This document shows, piece by piece, positions 27,187 through 34,690 of a stretch of 64,000 bases of DNA. The stretch is from Candidatus Woesearchaeota archaeon. Its GTDB lineage: Archaea; Nanobdellota; Nanobdellia; Woesearchaeales; GCA-2686295. Numbering within the stretch: position 1 is the stretch's first letter; every line of letters starts with the position of its first letter. The stretch covers positions 52,244-116,243 of the forward strand of contig JABMPT010000001.1 of the NCBI GenBank assembly GCA_013202845.1, read 5' to 3'. The position numbers and the translations under genes are program-made. The notes below the pieces were generated by a model. It searched no databases, had not been told where the DNA came from, and saw only the letters and a program-made list of their open reading frames with translations.

Positions 27187-27191
27187 AAGCA

Positions 27192-27339
27192 TGCGCCGGC
27201 TGGGACTTTCGCCAACGATTCCCGTGAGCTTGACGAGCGAAGCGAGGAAACTCACCTCGGTGTCAACGAACGAAATCGTTGTTTCGAACCCAGATAAGCG
27301 GCTTGGAAGGCCGCTGTCATGCCGTTAGACCACCGGCGC
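27192..27339 (-). tRNA. tRNA-Gly (anticodon UCC) with 77-nt non-canonical intron in the T-loop (about 27206-27282, position 59/60)
   Basis: Reverse complement: GCGCCGG-TG-GTCTAACGGCATGAC-A-GCGGC-CTTCCAA-GCCGC-TTAT-CTGGG-TTCGAA[77 nt]T-CCCAG-CCGGCGC-A. All four stems are intact only if the 77 nt are removed. A BHB can be drawn by hand (see findings). Confidence 0.8.
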
Positions 27340-27361
27340 AGTAGTTGTAAAGGATTATATC

Positions 27362-27373
27362 TTTTTTATAAAA
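27362..27373 (-). promoter_or_regulatory. A/T box for tRNA-Gly
   Basis: Minus strand TTTTATAAAAAA centred about 29 nt upstream of the tRNA 5' end. Confidence 0.5.
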
Positions 27374-27533
27374 TTTTCGAACTTAGTTAAAATTGGCTTG
27401 TAAACGATGAAATACTTGAATTTCTTCGTTTCAGGCCTTTTTATACTGTTTGTTGTTATAGTAAATTATATCTTTAGATTTGTCTGAAATTATGAAAAAC
27501 TTTAAAAGAAAAACCTTTTTTTGCTAAAGAAAG

Positions 27534-28475
27534 ATGATTTGCATAATTGCACTTATTATTTTTGGAGTCTTGGGTATTTTTAGTGCCCGTCATAGAATAA
27601 TTGCTAAAGAAGCATTGGATTGTGTTCTTAGAAGAATAACTCTTAGAAAGTGTGAGACAGGTCTTGATAAAAGATTGAAAGCACAGATAACTGGCAGGTT
27701 GATGAAAGGTTATCCAAGAACTGGAAGGCAGGTTTACAAGCATTTCGAACTAATATCTTGGTTTTTCACAATACTTTTAGTGCTAAGCATAATCTTCTCT
27801 GCACAGGGTCTTTACTTCTTTGCAAAGTATGGGAATTGCAATGGTCTAAATAGTGACAAATTCTGCATCTTTGACCCTTTGAATTCTCTGGGTGGTGATG
27901 ATTTTAGTAGTGAAGTTTGTATTGATCCTAGTCTTGTTTCAGAAAAAGAACTTTCTTTTGCAGGAAGCATTGAAGGTCATCCGTCAATTGGTTCTAAAGA
28001 TGCTGCTGTGACAGTTATTGAATTTGGTTGTTTCTCATGTCCAAACACTGCAATCGTTGAACCTGTTGTAAGAAATATTTTGGAAGAGTTCACAGATAAA
28101 ATATTATTTGTTTATGTTGACTTTCCTTTAAAACATCACGATTATGCTTACGAAGCATCTTTGGCTGCGGAGTGCATTTGGAATAATCAACCAGAGTTAT
28201 ACTGGGATTATCATATAAATATTTTTGAAAATCAAGCAACACTATCACAAGAAGTATTTTTAACGATTGCTTCAGAAGTAGGTGCTGATATAGAAAGTCT
28301 GAACAAATGTCTTGCAAACGAGGAATCAAAAAGTCACGTAGATGAAGATTTCCAATCAGGCATAGATTCAAATGTTTATGGAACGCCAACATTCTTTGTA
28401 AATGAGGAATCATTGGTTGGTGCAGTATCTTACAAAGAACTTAAGAAATTAATTGAAGATCAACTTAAAGAGTAA
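27534..28475 (+). CDS. membrane-anchored DsbA-like thiol:disulfide oxidoreductase
   Basis: Two N-terminal TM helices flanking a basic loop with C-x9-C, then C-x8-C, then a DsbA/thioredoxin fold with active site GCFSCPN and the GTPTFFVN cis-Pro region. Confidence 0.75.
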   Translation: MICIIALIIFGVLGIFSARHRIIAKEALDCVLRRITLRKCETGLDKRLKAQITGRLMKGYPRTGRQVYKHFELISWFFTILLVLSIIFSAQGLYFFAKYGNCNGLNSDKFCIFDPLNSLGGDDFSSEVCIDPSLVSEKELSFAGSIEGHPSIGSKDAAVTVIEFGCFSCPNTAIVEPVVRNILEEFTDKILFVYVDFPLKHHDYAYEASLAAECIWNNQPELYWDYHINIFENQATLSQEVFLTIASEVGADIESLNKCLANEESKSHVDEDFQSGIDSNVYGTPTFFVNEESLVGAVSYKELKKLIEDQLKE

Positions 28476-28520
28476 ATTTTAAATAAGATTGACTTTTTGA
28501 AAAAAGATAGGGGTGGTTAA

Positions 28521-30230
28521 ATGCCGGTAAAGAAAAGAAGAAAAACTACTAAGAGGAAAGTTTCTAAAAAAACAAAGCAGCCTACTTTGAGTACTAACGG
28601 AAAAATAGGCTTAGCTATAATAGTCATTGCGATAATTGCGGGATTAATTTTTGCACCTAAAGGAGCTCCTCCTTCTCAAGAAAGAGTTGTTCTTGACATG
28701 TATGTCATGAGTCAATGCCCTTATGGTGTACAGGCAGAAGCCGAAGCCATAAAAGCTGTTGAGAAGTTTGGCGATGATATTGACTTGAACATATATTTCA
28801 TTGTCAGTCCAACAGGAGAAGATTCTTTTCAGAGTCTTCATGGTCAACCAGAAGTTGATGAAAATATGAGACAGGCTTGTATACAGGAATTATATCCTGA
28901 ATTATATCAGGACTATTTACTATGTTTTGCGCCTAACTATAGAAATGCAGAATCACAATACTCGGTGTGCGCAAATCAGTTAGGAATAGATATTGGCTCT
29001 GTTTCAACCTGTTTTGCTGAAAGAGGAGTTGAATTATTGAAAACAAGCGCAGCGAAAACATCTGAAGTTGGAGCAAGAGCAAGCCCAACAATTTTTTTGA
29101 ATGGAGATGCTTATAGTAGTGGACGATCAGAATTAGATTTTGTAAGGGCTTTCTGCGATATATTTGATTATGAACATGAAGCATGCGCAGAAATATCAAA
29201 ACCAGTTGCTTTGAAAGTCACTATCTTGACAGACGATGATTGTCCAGCTTGTGGAACTTCAAACACAGTTGGTGTTACCAAGCAATTGTTTCCTGGAGCA
29301 GAGTTTGAAGTAGTTGATGTTGATACAGAGGAAGGTCAAGAGCTTGTTGAAACTCATCAATTAGTGTATTTGCCAGCTTACATTTTTGAGCAAGCACTAT
29401 TGGAGACAAACAGCTGGAAGACTAATAATCAGATAAGAGGTGCATTTGTAGAATCAGGAGATAGCTTTAGATTAAGAGATGAAGCTACAGGGGCTAATTG
29501 GTATATCGATGAAGAAAAAAGAGCTGCGTTCCTTGCAGAACAAAGAAAATTAGAGGAAGAAATGCAAGCTAAACTTGAAACTTACAGCCAAGATAATTTG
29601 AATGTATTAGGATACACTGAAACAGACACTAAACCAAGATTGGATTACTTTGTAATGTCATTTTGTCCTTATGGAAATCCTGCGGATGAGGCAGTTTCAT
29701 ATGTGTATGAATTATTAGGGGATAAGATAACTATTGTTCCTCATCACATATTATCTGTTTCAGGAGATAAGGTTGCTTCATTACATGGAGAACAAGAAGG
29801 TAACCAAGGTGTAAGAGAGCTTTGTGTGCTTGATAACAATGGTTTTGATAACTTTTTTAAGTTTACTTTAAAAGCCAATGAATTATGTGATTCCAGAAAT
29901 GCAGATACTTGCTGGGAGTCAGCAGCAGAAGCAGCAGGTTTAGATCTTGAAACAATTAGAACTTGTGAACAAGAGAGAAAACTTGAGATTGCAGCAGAAC
30001 AAAATAGTATTATGATGAGTTTATTGTCTGAGAGGAGAATGCAAGATGGCTCAGTTCAATTAGTACCTCCACAAGCATCGCCAACTTTCCTGATAAATGG
30101 AAAAACCTACTTAGGATCTAGAGATTCTGAAGGCATAAAGAATGCGTTGTGCTTAGAATTTACAGATGCTCCTGAGGAATGTGGTGAAATAATAGTACAG
30201 GAAACTTCTGCACCACAAGGTAATTGTTAA
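28521..30230 (+). CDS. membrane-anchored three-domain thiol-oxidoreductase-like protein (two GILT-like CPYG domains flanking a CPAC thioredoxin/glutaredoxin-like domain)
   Basis: Basic N-terminus plus a TM helix. Repeated YVMSQCPYG...SLHGQPE / FVMSFCPYG...SLHGEQE blocks each end in SPT[IF][FL][LI]NG. The central domain has DDDCPACG. Confidence 0.55.
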   Translation: MPVKKRRKTTKRKVSKKTKQPTLSTNGKIGLAIIVIAIIAGLIFAPKGAPPSQERVVLDMYVMSQCPYGVQAEAEAIKAVEKFGDDIDLNIYFIVSPTGEDSFQSLHGQPEVDENMRQACIQELYPELYQDYLLCFAPNYRNAESQYSVCANQLGIDIGSVSTCFAERGVELLKTSAAKTSEVGARASPTIFLNGDAYSSGRSELDFVRAFCDIFDYEHEACAEISKPVALKVTILTDDDCPACGTSNTVGVTKQLFPGAEFEVVDVDTEEGQELVETHQLVYLPAYIFEQALLETNSWKTNNQIRGAFVESGDSFRLRDEATGANWYIDEEKRAAFLAEQRKLEEEMQAKLETYSQDNLNVLGYTETDTKPRLDYFVMSFCPYGNPADEAVSYVYELLGDKITIVPHHILSVSGDKVASLHGEQEGNQGVRELCVLDNNGFDNFFKFTLKANELCDSRNADTCWESAAEAAGLDLETIRTCEQERKLEIAAEQNSIMMSLLSERRMQDGSVQLVPPQASPTFLINGKTYLGSRDSEGIKNALCLEFTDAPEECGEIIVQETSAPQGNC

Positions 30231-30290
30231 TTTTTTTTATTTTTCTTTTTCTACAAAATCTTTATAAACTTACCATAGTTATTTTTCTCT

Positions 30291-31490
30291 ATGGGGATAA
30301 GGGTAGATAAGATAAGGAGCGATTTTCCTATTTTGAAGAGAGGATTCACTTACTTTGATAGTTCTTGCATGACTCTCAGGCCTTTGCAGGTAATCAATGC
30401 TATAAATTCTTATTATGAAGAGTTTCCTGCTTGTGCTGGCAGGAGCATGCACAGGCTCGGTAACAAGGTTACTGAAGAAGTAGCTAGATCTAGAGACATA
30501 ATAAGAAAATTCATAGGAGCAAAAAAGAAAGATGAGATTATCTTTACAAGAAATACAACTGAAGCGATAAATCTTGTTGCAAACTCTTTCAAGTTTGAGA
30601 AAGGAGACAAGGTCTTGATAACTGATAAAGAGCACAATTCTAATTTATTACCTTGGCAGTTACTTGCGGAAAAGGGAATCATAAAACTTAAGGTTCTTAG
30701 TTCAAAACCAGATAACACTTTTAATCTAGAATCCTTTGAAAGAGAAGTGAAAGATGTAAGGATGGTTTCGATTGTCCATACCTCTAATTTGGATGGTGTT
30801 ACAAATCCTGTTAAGGATATAATAAAGATTGCTCACAAAAATGGTGCTTTGGTCATGCTCGATGCTGCTCAGTCAGTGCCACACAAGGTTTTAAACGTGA
30901 AGAAGTTAGATGTTGACTTCCTTGCCTTTTCTGGTCACAAAATGCTCGGGCCATCAGGTATAGGAGTTCTTTATGGTAAGAAGGAGTTATTGGAAGATCT
31001 TAATCCTTTCATGGTTGGAGGAGAGACTGTTAAAGAGTCTACTTATACAACAAGGGTTTGGGAAGATTTGCCAGAGAGATTCGAAGCTGGTTTGCAGAAC
31101 TATGCAGGAATAATAGGACTTGCAGAAGCAGCTAAATATTTGGACAAAGTTGGAAGAAAGAATATTGAGAAACATGAAGTCAAGCTTACTAAAAAATTAA
31201 CAAAAGGTCTTGAAGAATTAGGGGATGTAAAGATTATTGGTCCTGAAGCAGAACAACGTGGTGGTATAACAAGTTTCAACATCGGAAATCATGATTCTCA
31301 TCAAGTGGCTTTGTTACTTGACAACTCTTCTGCAATAATGGTGAGAAGTGGAGCTCATTGTGTTCATTCATGGTTCAATAAGCATAATATGGACGGAAGT
31401 GTTCGTGTATCATTGTATTTGTACAATACCAAAAAAGAGGTTGAGCGCTTTATCAACAGTTTGAAAGAGGTAAAGAAGCTCTTGGGATAA
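30291..31490 (+). CDS. cysteine desulfurase (class V aminotransferase, SufS/Csd-like)
   Basis: IRSDFPIL, PLP-lysine motif FSGHKMLGPSGIG, and the active-site loop RSGAHC. Confidence 0.85.
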   Translation: MGIRVDKIRSDFPILKRGFTYFDSSCMTLRPLQVINAINSYYEEFPACAGRSMHRLGNKVTEEVARSRDIIRKFIGAKKKDEIIFTRNTTEAINLVANSFKFEKGDKVLITDKEHNSNLLPWQLLAEKGIIKLKVLSSKPDNTFNLESFEREVKDVRMVSIVHTSNLDGVTNPVKDIIKIAHKNGALVMLDAAQSVPHKVLNVKKLDVDFLAFSGHKMLGPSGIGVLYGKKELLEDLNPFMVGGETVKESTYTTRVWEDLPERFEAGLQNYAGIIGLAEAAKYLDKVGRKNIEKHEVKLTKKLTKGLEELGDVKIIGPEAEQRGGITSFNIGNHDSHQVALLLDNSSAIMVRSGAHCVHSWFNKHNMDGSVRVSLYLYNTKKEVERFINSLKEVKKLLG

Positions 31491-31491
31491 T

Positions 31492-31818
31492 ATGCATGAA
31501 CAGACCATTGCCAAAGTCATTATTCAGGAAGCGACAAAGCATGGAATGGTGAAGGCAATCTTTGTTGAGGTTGGTGATCTTGGTCATTTGCCTGCTCATG
31601 AGATGGAAGAAGTCTTGAAGACTTTGACAAACTGGAAAGTAACGGTTACTAAGAAAAAAGCGACGATTGAATGCGAACAATGCAATTACAAAGGAGAGCC
31701 TAATATTGTCGAGAAAGGTCATGATCACAATGTTTTTCGCTGTCCAGAATGCAAGGCCATGATGCCTAAAATTTTGGATGGTGATCAAATCATATTAAAA
31801 GAAGTTGAGGTGCAATGA
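31492..31818 (+). CDS. hypA: hydrogenase nickel incorporation protein HypA
   Basis: N-terminal MHE nickel motif and the zinc site CEQC...CPEC. 1-nt gap after the desulfurase gene. Confidence 0.85.
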   Translation: MHEQTIAKVIIQEATKHGMVKAIFVEVGDLGHLPAHEMEEVLKTLTNWKVTVTKKKATIECEQCNYKGEPNIVEKGHDHNVFRCPECKAMMPKILDGDQIILKEVEVQ

Positions 31819-32033
31819 TGTGTTTGTCAGTGCCTGGAAAAATAATTGAAATAAAAGGAGACAAAGCAATAGTTGATTATCAAGGTGAGAAGAGAGAAGC
31901 ATCTCTTGCTTTGAAAAAAGATTCTAAAATAGGGGATTATGTAATTGTAAGTGCAAAATTTGTGATGGAGAAAATTCCTGCTGATGAGGCCAAAAAGATA
32001 TTAGAGGTGTGGGATCAAACAAATGAAACCTGA
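31818..32033 (+). CDS. hypC: hydrogenase assembly chaperone HypC
   Basis: MCLSVPGKIIEI...GDYVIV. The second of two tandem ATGs is chosen because HypC needs Cys as its first residue after Met removal. The track start at 31815 would give MMC. Confidence 0.85.
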   Translation: MCLSVPGKIIEIKGDKAIVDYQGEKREASLALKKDSKIGDYVIVSAKFVMEKIPADEAKKILEVWDQTNET

Positions 32034-32502
32034 GCAATATTTCTTGAAATACTCTTTTCCATGCGCTCATGTACTTGTGGAGATGGGGAGTATTGATGAG
32101 AAGAAGTTTGAAGAGTTAAAAGAGAATGTTCTTAACAATAAGGTCATGGATCGCGAGGAATTGATGATACTTTTTCCTTCAGCTTTTAGGAGAATTATGG
32201 AAGTTGCTGTGAAGATGAAAAAAGATGTTTGGGATGTTGATGTGCTAAAGAAGTATTTCTTGGATGAGCATAATATGTACATCGATGCAAAGGATGGCAA
32301 TTACGAGAAGTATGGTTCTCATTTCAGGGATTTCTGTAAAGTGCACAAGGCGAAAGTCGTGCATAAAGAAGGAGATGTTCTAACAGTAGAGTTTGGTGAA
32401 AAAAGCAGAAATGTTTTATCTGATATATTACCAGAAGCAGAAGTTGGTGATACTGTTACAGTTCATCAGGGTTTTGCTGTTGAGAAGGTAAAAAATGAAT
32501 AA
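32023..32502 (+). CDS. HypC-like OB-fold domain fused to an about 105-aa N-terminal domain of unknown function
   Basis: Residues 105-159 (CKVHKAKVVHKEGDVLTVEFGEKSRNV...VGDTVTVHQGFAVEKV) align by eye with the adjacent HypC (C-x5-K-[IV]-[IV]...GD...V-[DE]-[FY]..GEK...[IV]GD.V.V...F.[VM]EK[IV]). Overlaps both neighbouring genes. Confidence 0.5.
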   Translation: MKPEQYFLKYSFPCAHVLVEMGSIDEKKFEELKENVLNNKVMDREELMILFPSAFRRIMEVAVKMKKDVWDVDVLKKYFLDEHNMYIDAKDGNYEKYGSHFRDFCKVHKAKVVHKEGDVLTVEFGEKSRNVLSDILPEAEVGDTVTVHQGFAVEKVKNE

Positions 32503-33010
32503 TAAACATTTAGGATTGATATTGGTTGTTGTTTGTGTAGTATTAGGAATACTGCTATTTACTTTTAATGAGTTGATTAACTCTCAAACAGCTGATGCTT
32601 GCAGTTGTACAGAGAATGATGAAGATGCTTTCTGCCCTCATCAACACAAGATTCCTTGGCAGATATATATAGGGATATTGCTTGTTGCCATAGTTGCTGC
32701 TCTAGGTTTTTATCTTTTGCTTTTTGAAAAATCCCAAAAAGAAATACTATCTGCCTTGAGTAAACAAAAAGAGTTGAAAATTGAGGAAGAAAAGTTTTCA
32801 ATCTTACTTAAAGGAATGGATGAGTATGAGCAGAAAGTTATTAAGGCTGTGAAAGATCAGGATGGAATAACCCAACAAACTTTGAAATTGAGAGTTGATA
32901 TGCACAAATCAAAGTTAAGCATTGTTCTTGATGGTTTAGAGAAAAAAGGTTTGGTAAAGAGAGTTCCTAAGGGAAAAACCAACCAAGTATTTCTTAAAAT
33001 TGCATTATAA
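32495..33010 (+). CDS. membrane-tethered winged-helix (MarR-like) protein with Cys/His-rich outer loop
   Basis: TM1, then loop ADACSCTENDEDAFCPHQH, then TM2, then a cytoplasmic wHTH (ITQQTLKLRVDMHKSKLSIVLDGLEKKGLVKRV). Confidence 0.55.
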   Translation: MNNKHLGLILVVVCVVLGILLFTFNELINSQTADACSCTENDEDAFCPHQHKIPWQIYIGILLVAIVAALGFYLLLFEKSQKEILSALSKQKELKIEEEKFSILLKGMDEYEQKVIKAVKDQDGITQQTLKLRVDMHKSKLSIVLDGLEKKGLVKRVPKGKTNQVFLKIAL

Positions 33011-33114
33011 ACTGTGAAACCCATGAATCCTAAGGTTTCAAACTTTCTAAAGGTCTTTGTTTCAGTAGTAAAATATATACCTTTAAGAGATAATATTATT
33101 ATTGAGGTGAAAAA

Positions 33115-33336
33115 ATGAACAAGAGTTTGATTATAGCATTATTTGTTTTAAGCCTGGTTATAGGAGCCTTACTTGTTTCTGGGCATCTGCCTACAGAGGA
33201 GCCAGCTGTTGAGAAAACTGTTCAAAAAGTGAATACAGCATCAACATGCCCGACAGACGGTTGCACGGATGGAAACTGTCCTGCTAATTGTGGCGGTTCC
33301 TGTGGAGTACCAACTTGTGGTTGTAGTAGAAAGTAA
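33115..33336 (+). CDS. secreted/membrane-anchored Cys-rich mini-protein (73 aa)
   Basis: Own A/T box (AAAATATATACC) and a strong Shine-Dalgarno sequence (GAGGTGA) 5 nt before the ATG. Signal/TM helix, then 7 Cys in the last 29 aa: CPTDGCTDGNCPANCGGSCGVPTCGCSRK. Confidence 0.6.
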   Translation: MNKSLIIALFVLSLVIGALLVSGHLPTEEPAVEKTVQKVNTASTCPTDGCTDGNCPANCGGSCGVPTCGCSRK

Positions 33337-33349
33337 TTTTTTTATTTTT

Positions 33350-34249
33350 TTAATTTCTAGAAGTAATTGGAAAAATTCTCTTTATTGTTTGTGTGCTTAC
33401 TGTGAAAGCTATGACTCCTGAGACCAATAATACAATTCCAAGGACTTGGGAGATTGTGACCAATTTGTCAAAAAAGACAAGGTTGAGTACTGTAGTGATT
33501 ACAGATCCTAGTGAAAGAACTGCAACAGCAGTACTTGCTTTGACCAATTTCAACCCATTGTAGAATGTAGTTACATAGCCAAGCAGGAGAGCAGATGTTA
33601 CCAAAATCCACATTACTTGAGAAGCATTCAAAGTGAACACTAAGGGAACTTGGCCTGTAACCAGTAAGAATATTAGTATGAATAATGAGCCGAAGAACAT
33701 TCTGCCGAAAGCCACAGTGTTTCCGGATAATTTCTTTAGAATATGTTTTGAAATTATTATTTCTGAAGACCAAAATAATGCTGCAATGAAAATTAAAACT
33801 ATCCCTATAGTTAAATTAAATGATACTATTTTTAATAGAAAGAAATTTCCTAATAATAATAATAGAGAACCAATTATAATTCTAGAGTTTAATTTCTCTT
33901 TTAAGAAAAACATTGCAAGTACAGCAACCCATAAAACCATTGTCTTATGTACAAAAGAGCCTTGAGCCGGAGACGCTAATGAAAGTCCTTTGAAGAATAA
34001 CAGGAATGGAATGCTGCCACCAATCAAACCTATTGTTGCTAGGTTTCTCCAGTCCTTTGCTTTTAATTTTTTTAATTCCTTAAAATTTCTATATAGTAAT
34101 ATAATAGATGATAATAGTATAGCAACTACAAAGTTCTTAGCACCTGTGAATATGTAAGGATTTATACCTTTAACTCCAAAAGCGTTTATGAAGATAGAAA
34201 CTCCTGAGATGATTGCAGTTAAAAAAACCAGCCATAACCCCTTTTTCAT
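33350..34249 (-). CDS. EamA / drug-metabolite transporter (DMT) family permease
   Basis: 10 TM helices in two EamA-like halves; 299 aa. Confidence 0.85.
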   Translation of the reverse strand: MKKGLWLVFLTAIISGVSIFINAFGVKGINPYIFTGAKNFVVAILLSSIILLYRNFKELKKLKAKDWRNLATIGLIGGSIPFLLFFKGLSLASPAQGSFVHKTMVLWVAVLAMFFLKEKLNSRIIIGSLLLLLGNFFLLKIVSFNLTIGIVLIFIAALFWSSEIIISKHILKKLSGNTVAFGRMFFGSLFILIFLLVTGQVPLVFTLNASQVMWILVTSALLLGYVTTFYNGLKLVKASTAVAVLSLGSVITTVLNLVFFDKLVTISQVLGIVLLVSGVIAFTVSTQTIKRIFPITSRN

Positions 34250-34287
34250 AAAAAAATTTAAAACGTCATATGTTTATATATTTTACT

Positions 34288-34644
34288 ATGAGAGTGTTAG
34301 TGTTTGGCAATCCATACCTGGAATATGATTCTTTAGCGGTTAATATTGCAAAAGAACTAGAAGATTCTGCTGATTTTGTCATATGTTCTTCTCCAGAGCA
34401 GATAATGGAAGAAAAATTTGACTATATAATGGATGTTGTTGAAGGTATTGATGAAGTAAAGGTTTTTGACAATCTCAAGCTGCTAAATCCACATCGAATG
34501 TTCTCTTTGCATGACTTTGACGTTACATTCTTCCTTGGTTTGATGGAGAAACTTGGAAAAGTCGACAAAGTCAAGATAATTGGGATTCCCATGGAAATGG
34601 ACAAGAATAAAGCTAAAGAGAAGATTCTTGAGATTATACACTAG
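34288..34644 (+). CDS. hydrogenase maturation endopeptidase (HycI/FrxA-like, short form)
   Basis: MRVLVFGNPYLEYDSLAVNIAKEL resembles the GxGNxxxxDDxxG N-terminus. Later Asp (DVVEGID) and His (SLHDF) residues are candidate metal ligands. Start moved to ATG 34288. Confidence 0.55.
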   Translation: MRVLVFGNPYLEYDSLAVNIAKELEDSADFVICSSPEQIMEEKFDYIMDVVEGIDEVKVFDNLKLLNPHRMFSLHDFDVTFFLGLMEKLGKVDKVKIIGIPMEMDKNKAKEKILEIIH

Positions 34645-34690
34645 TCATTAATGGGTTAAACATAAAAAGGCATTCTTATTTACTAGTAAT

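Noticed and set aside
27407-27487. 26-aa hydrophobic mini-ORF (MKYLNFFVSGLFILFVVIVNYIFRFV) upstream of the DsbA fusion gene
   Set aside because: It is too short and AT-rich to distinguish from chance and has no Shine-Dalgarno sequence. It is worth a look only if ribosome-profiling data exist.
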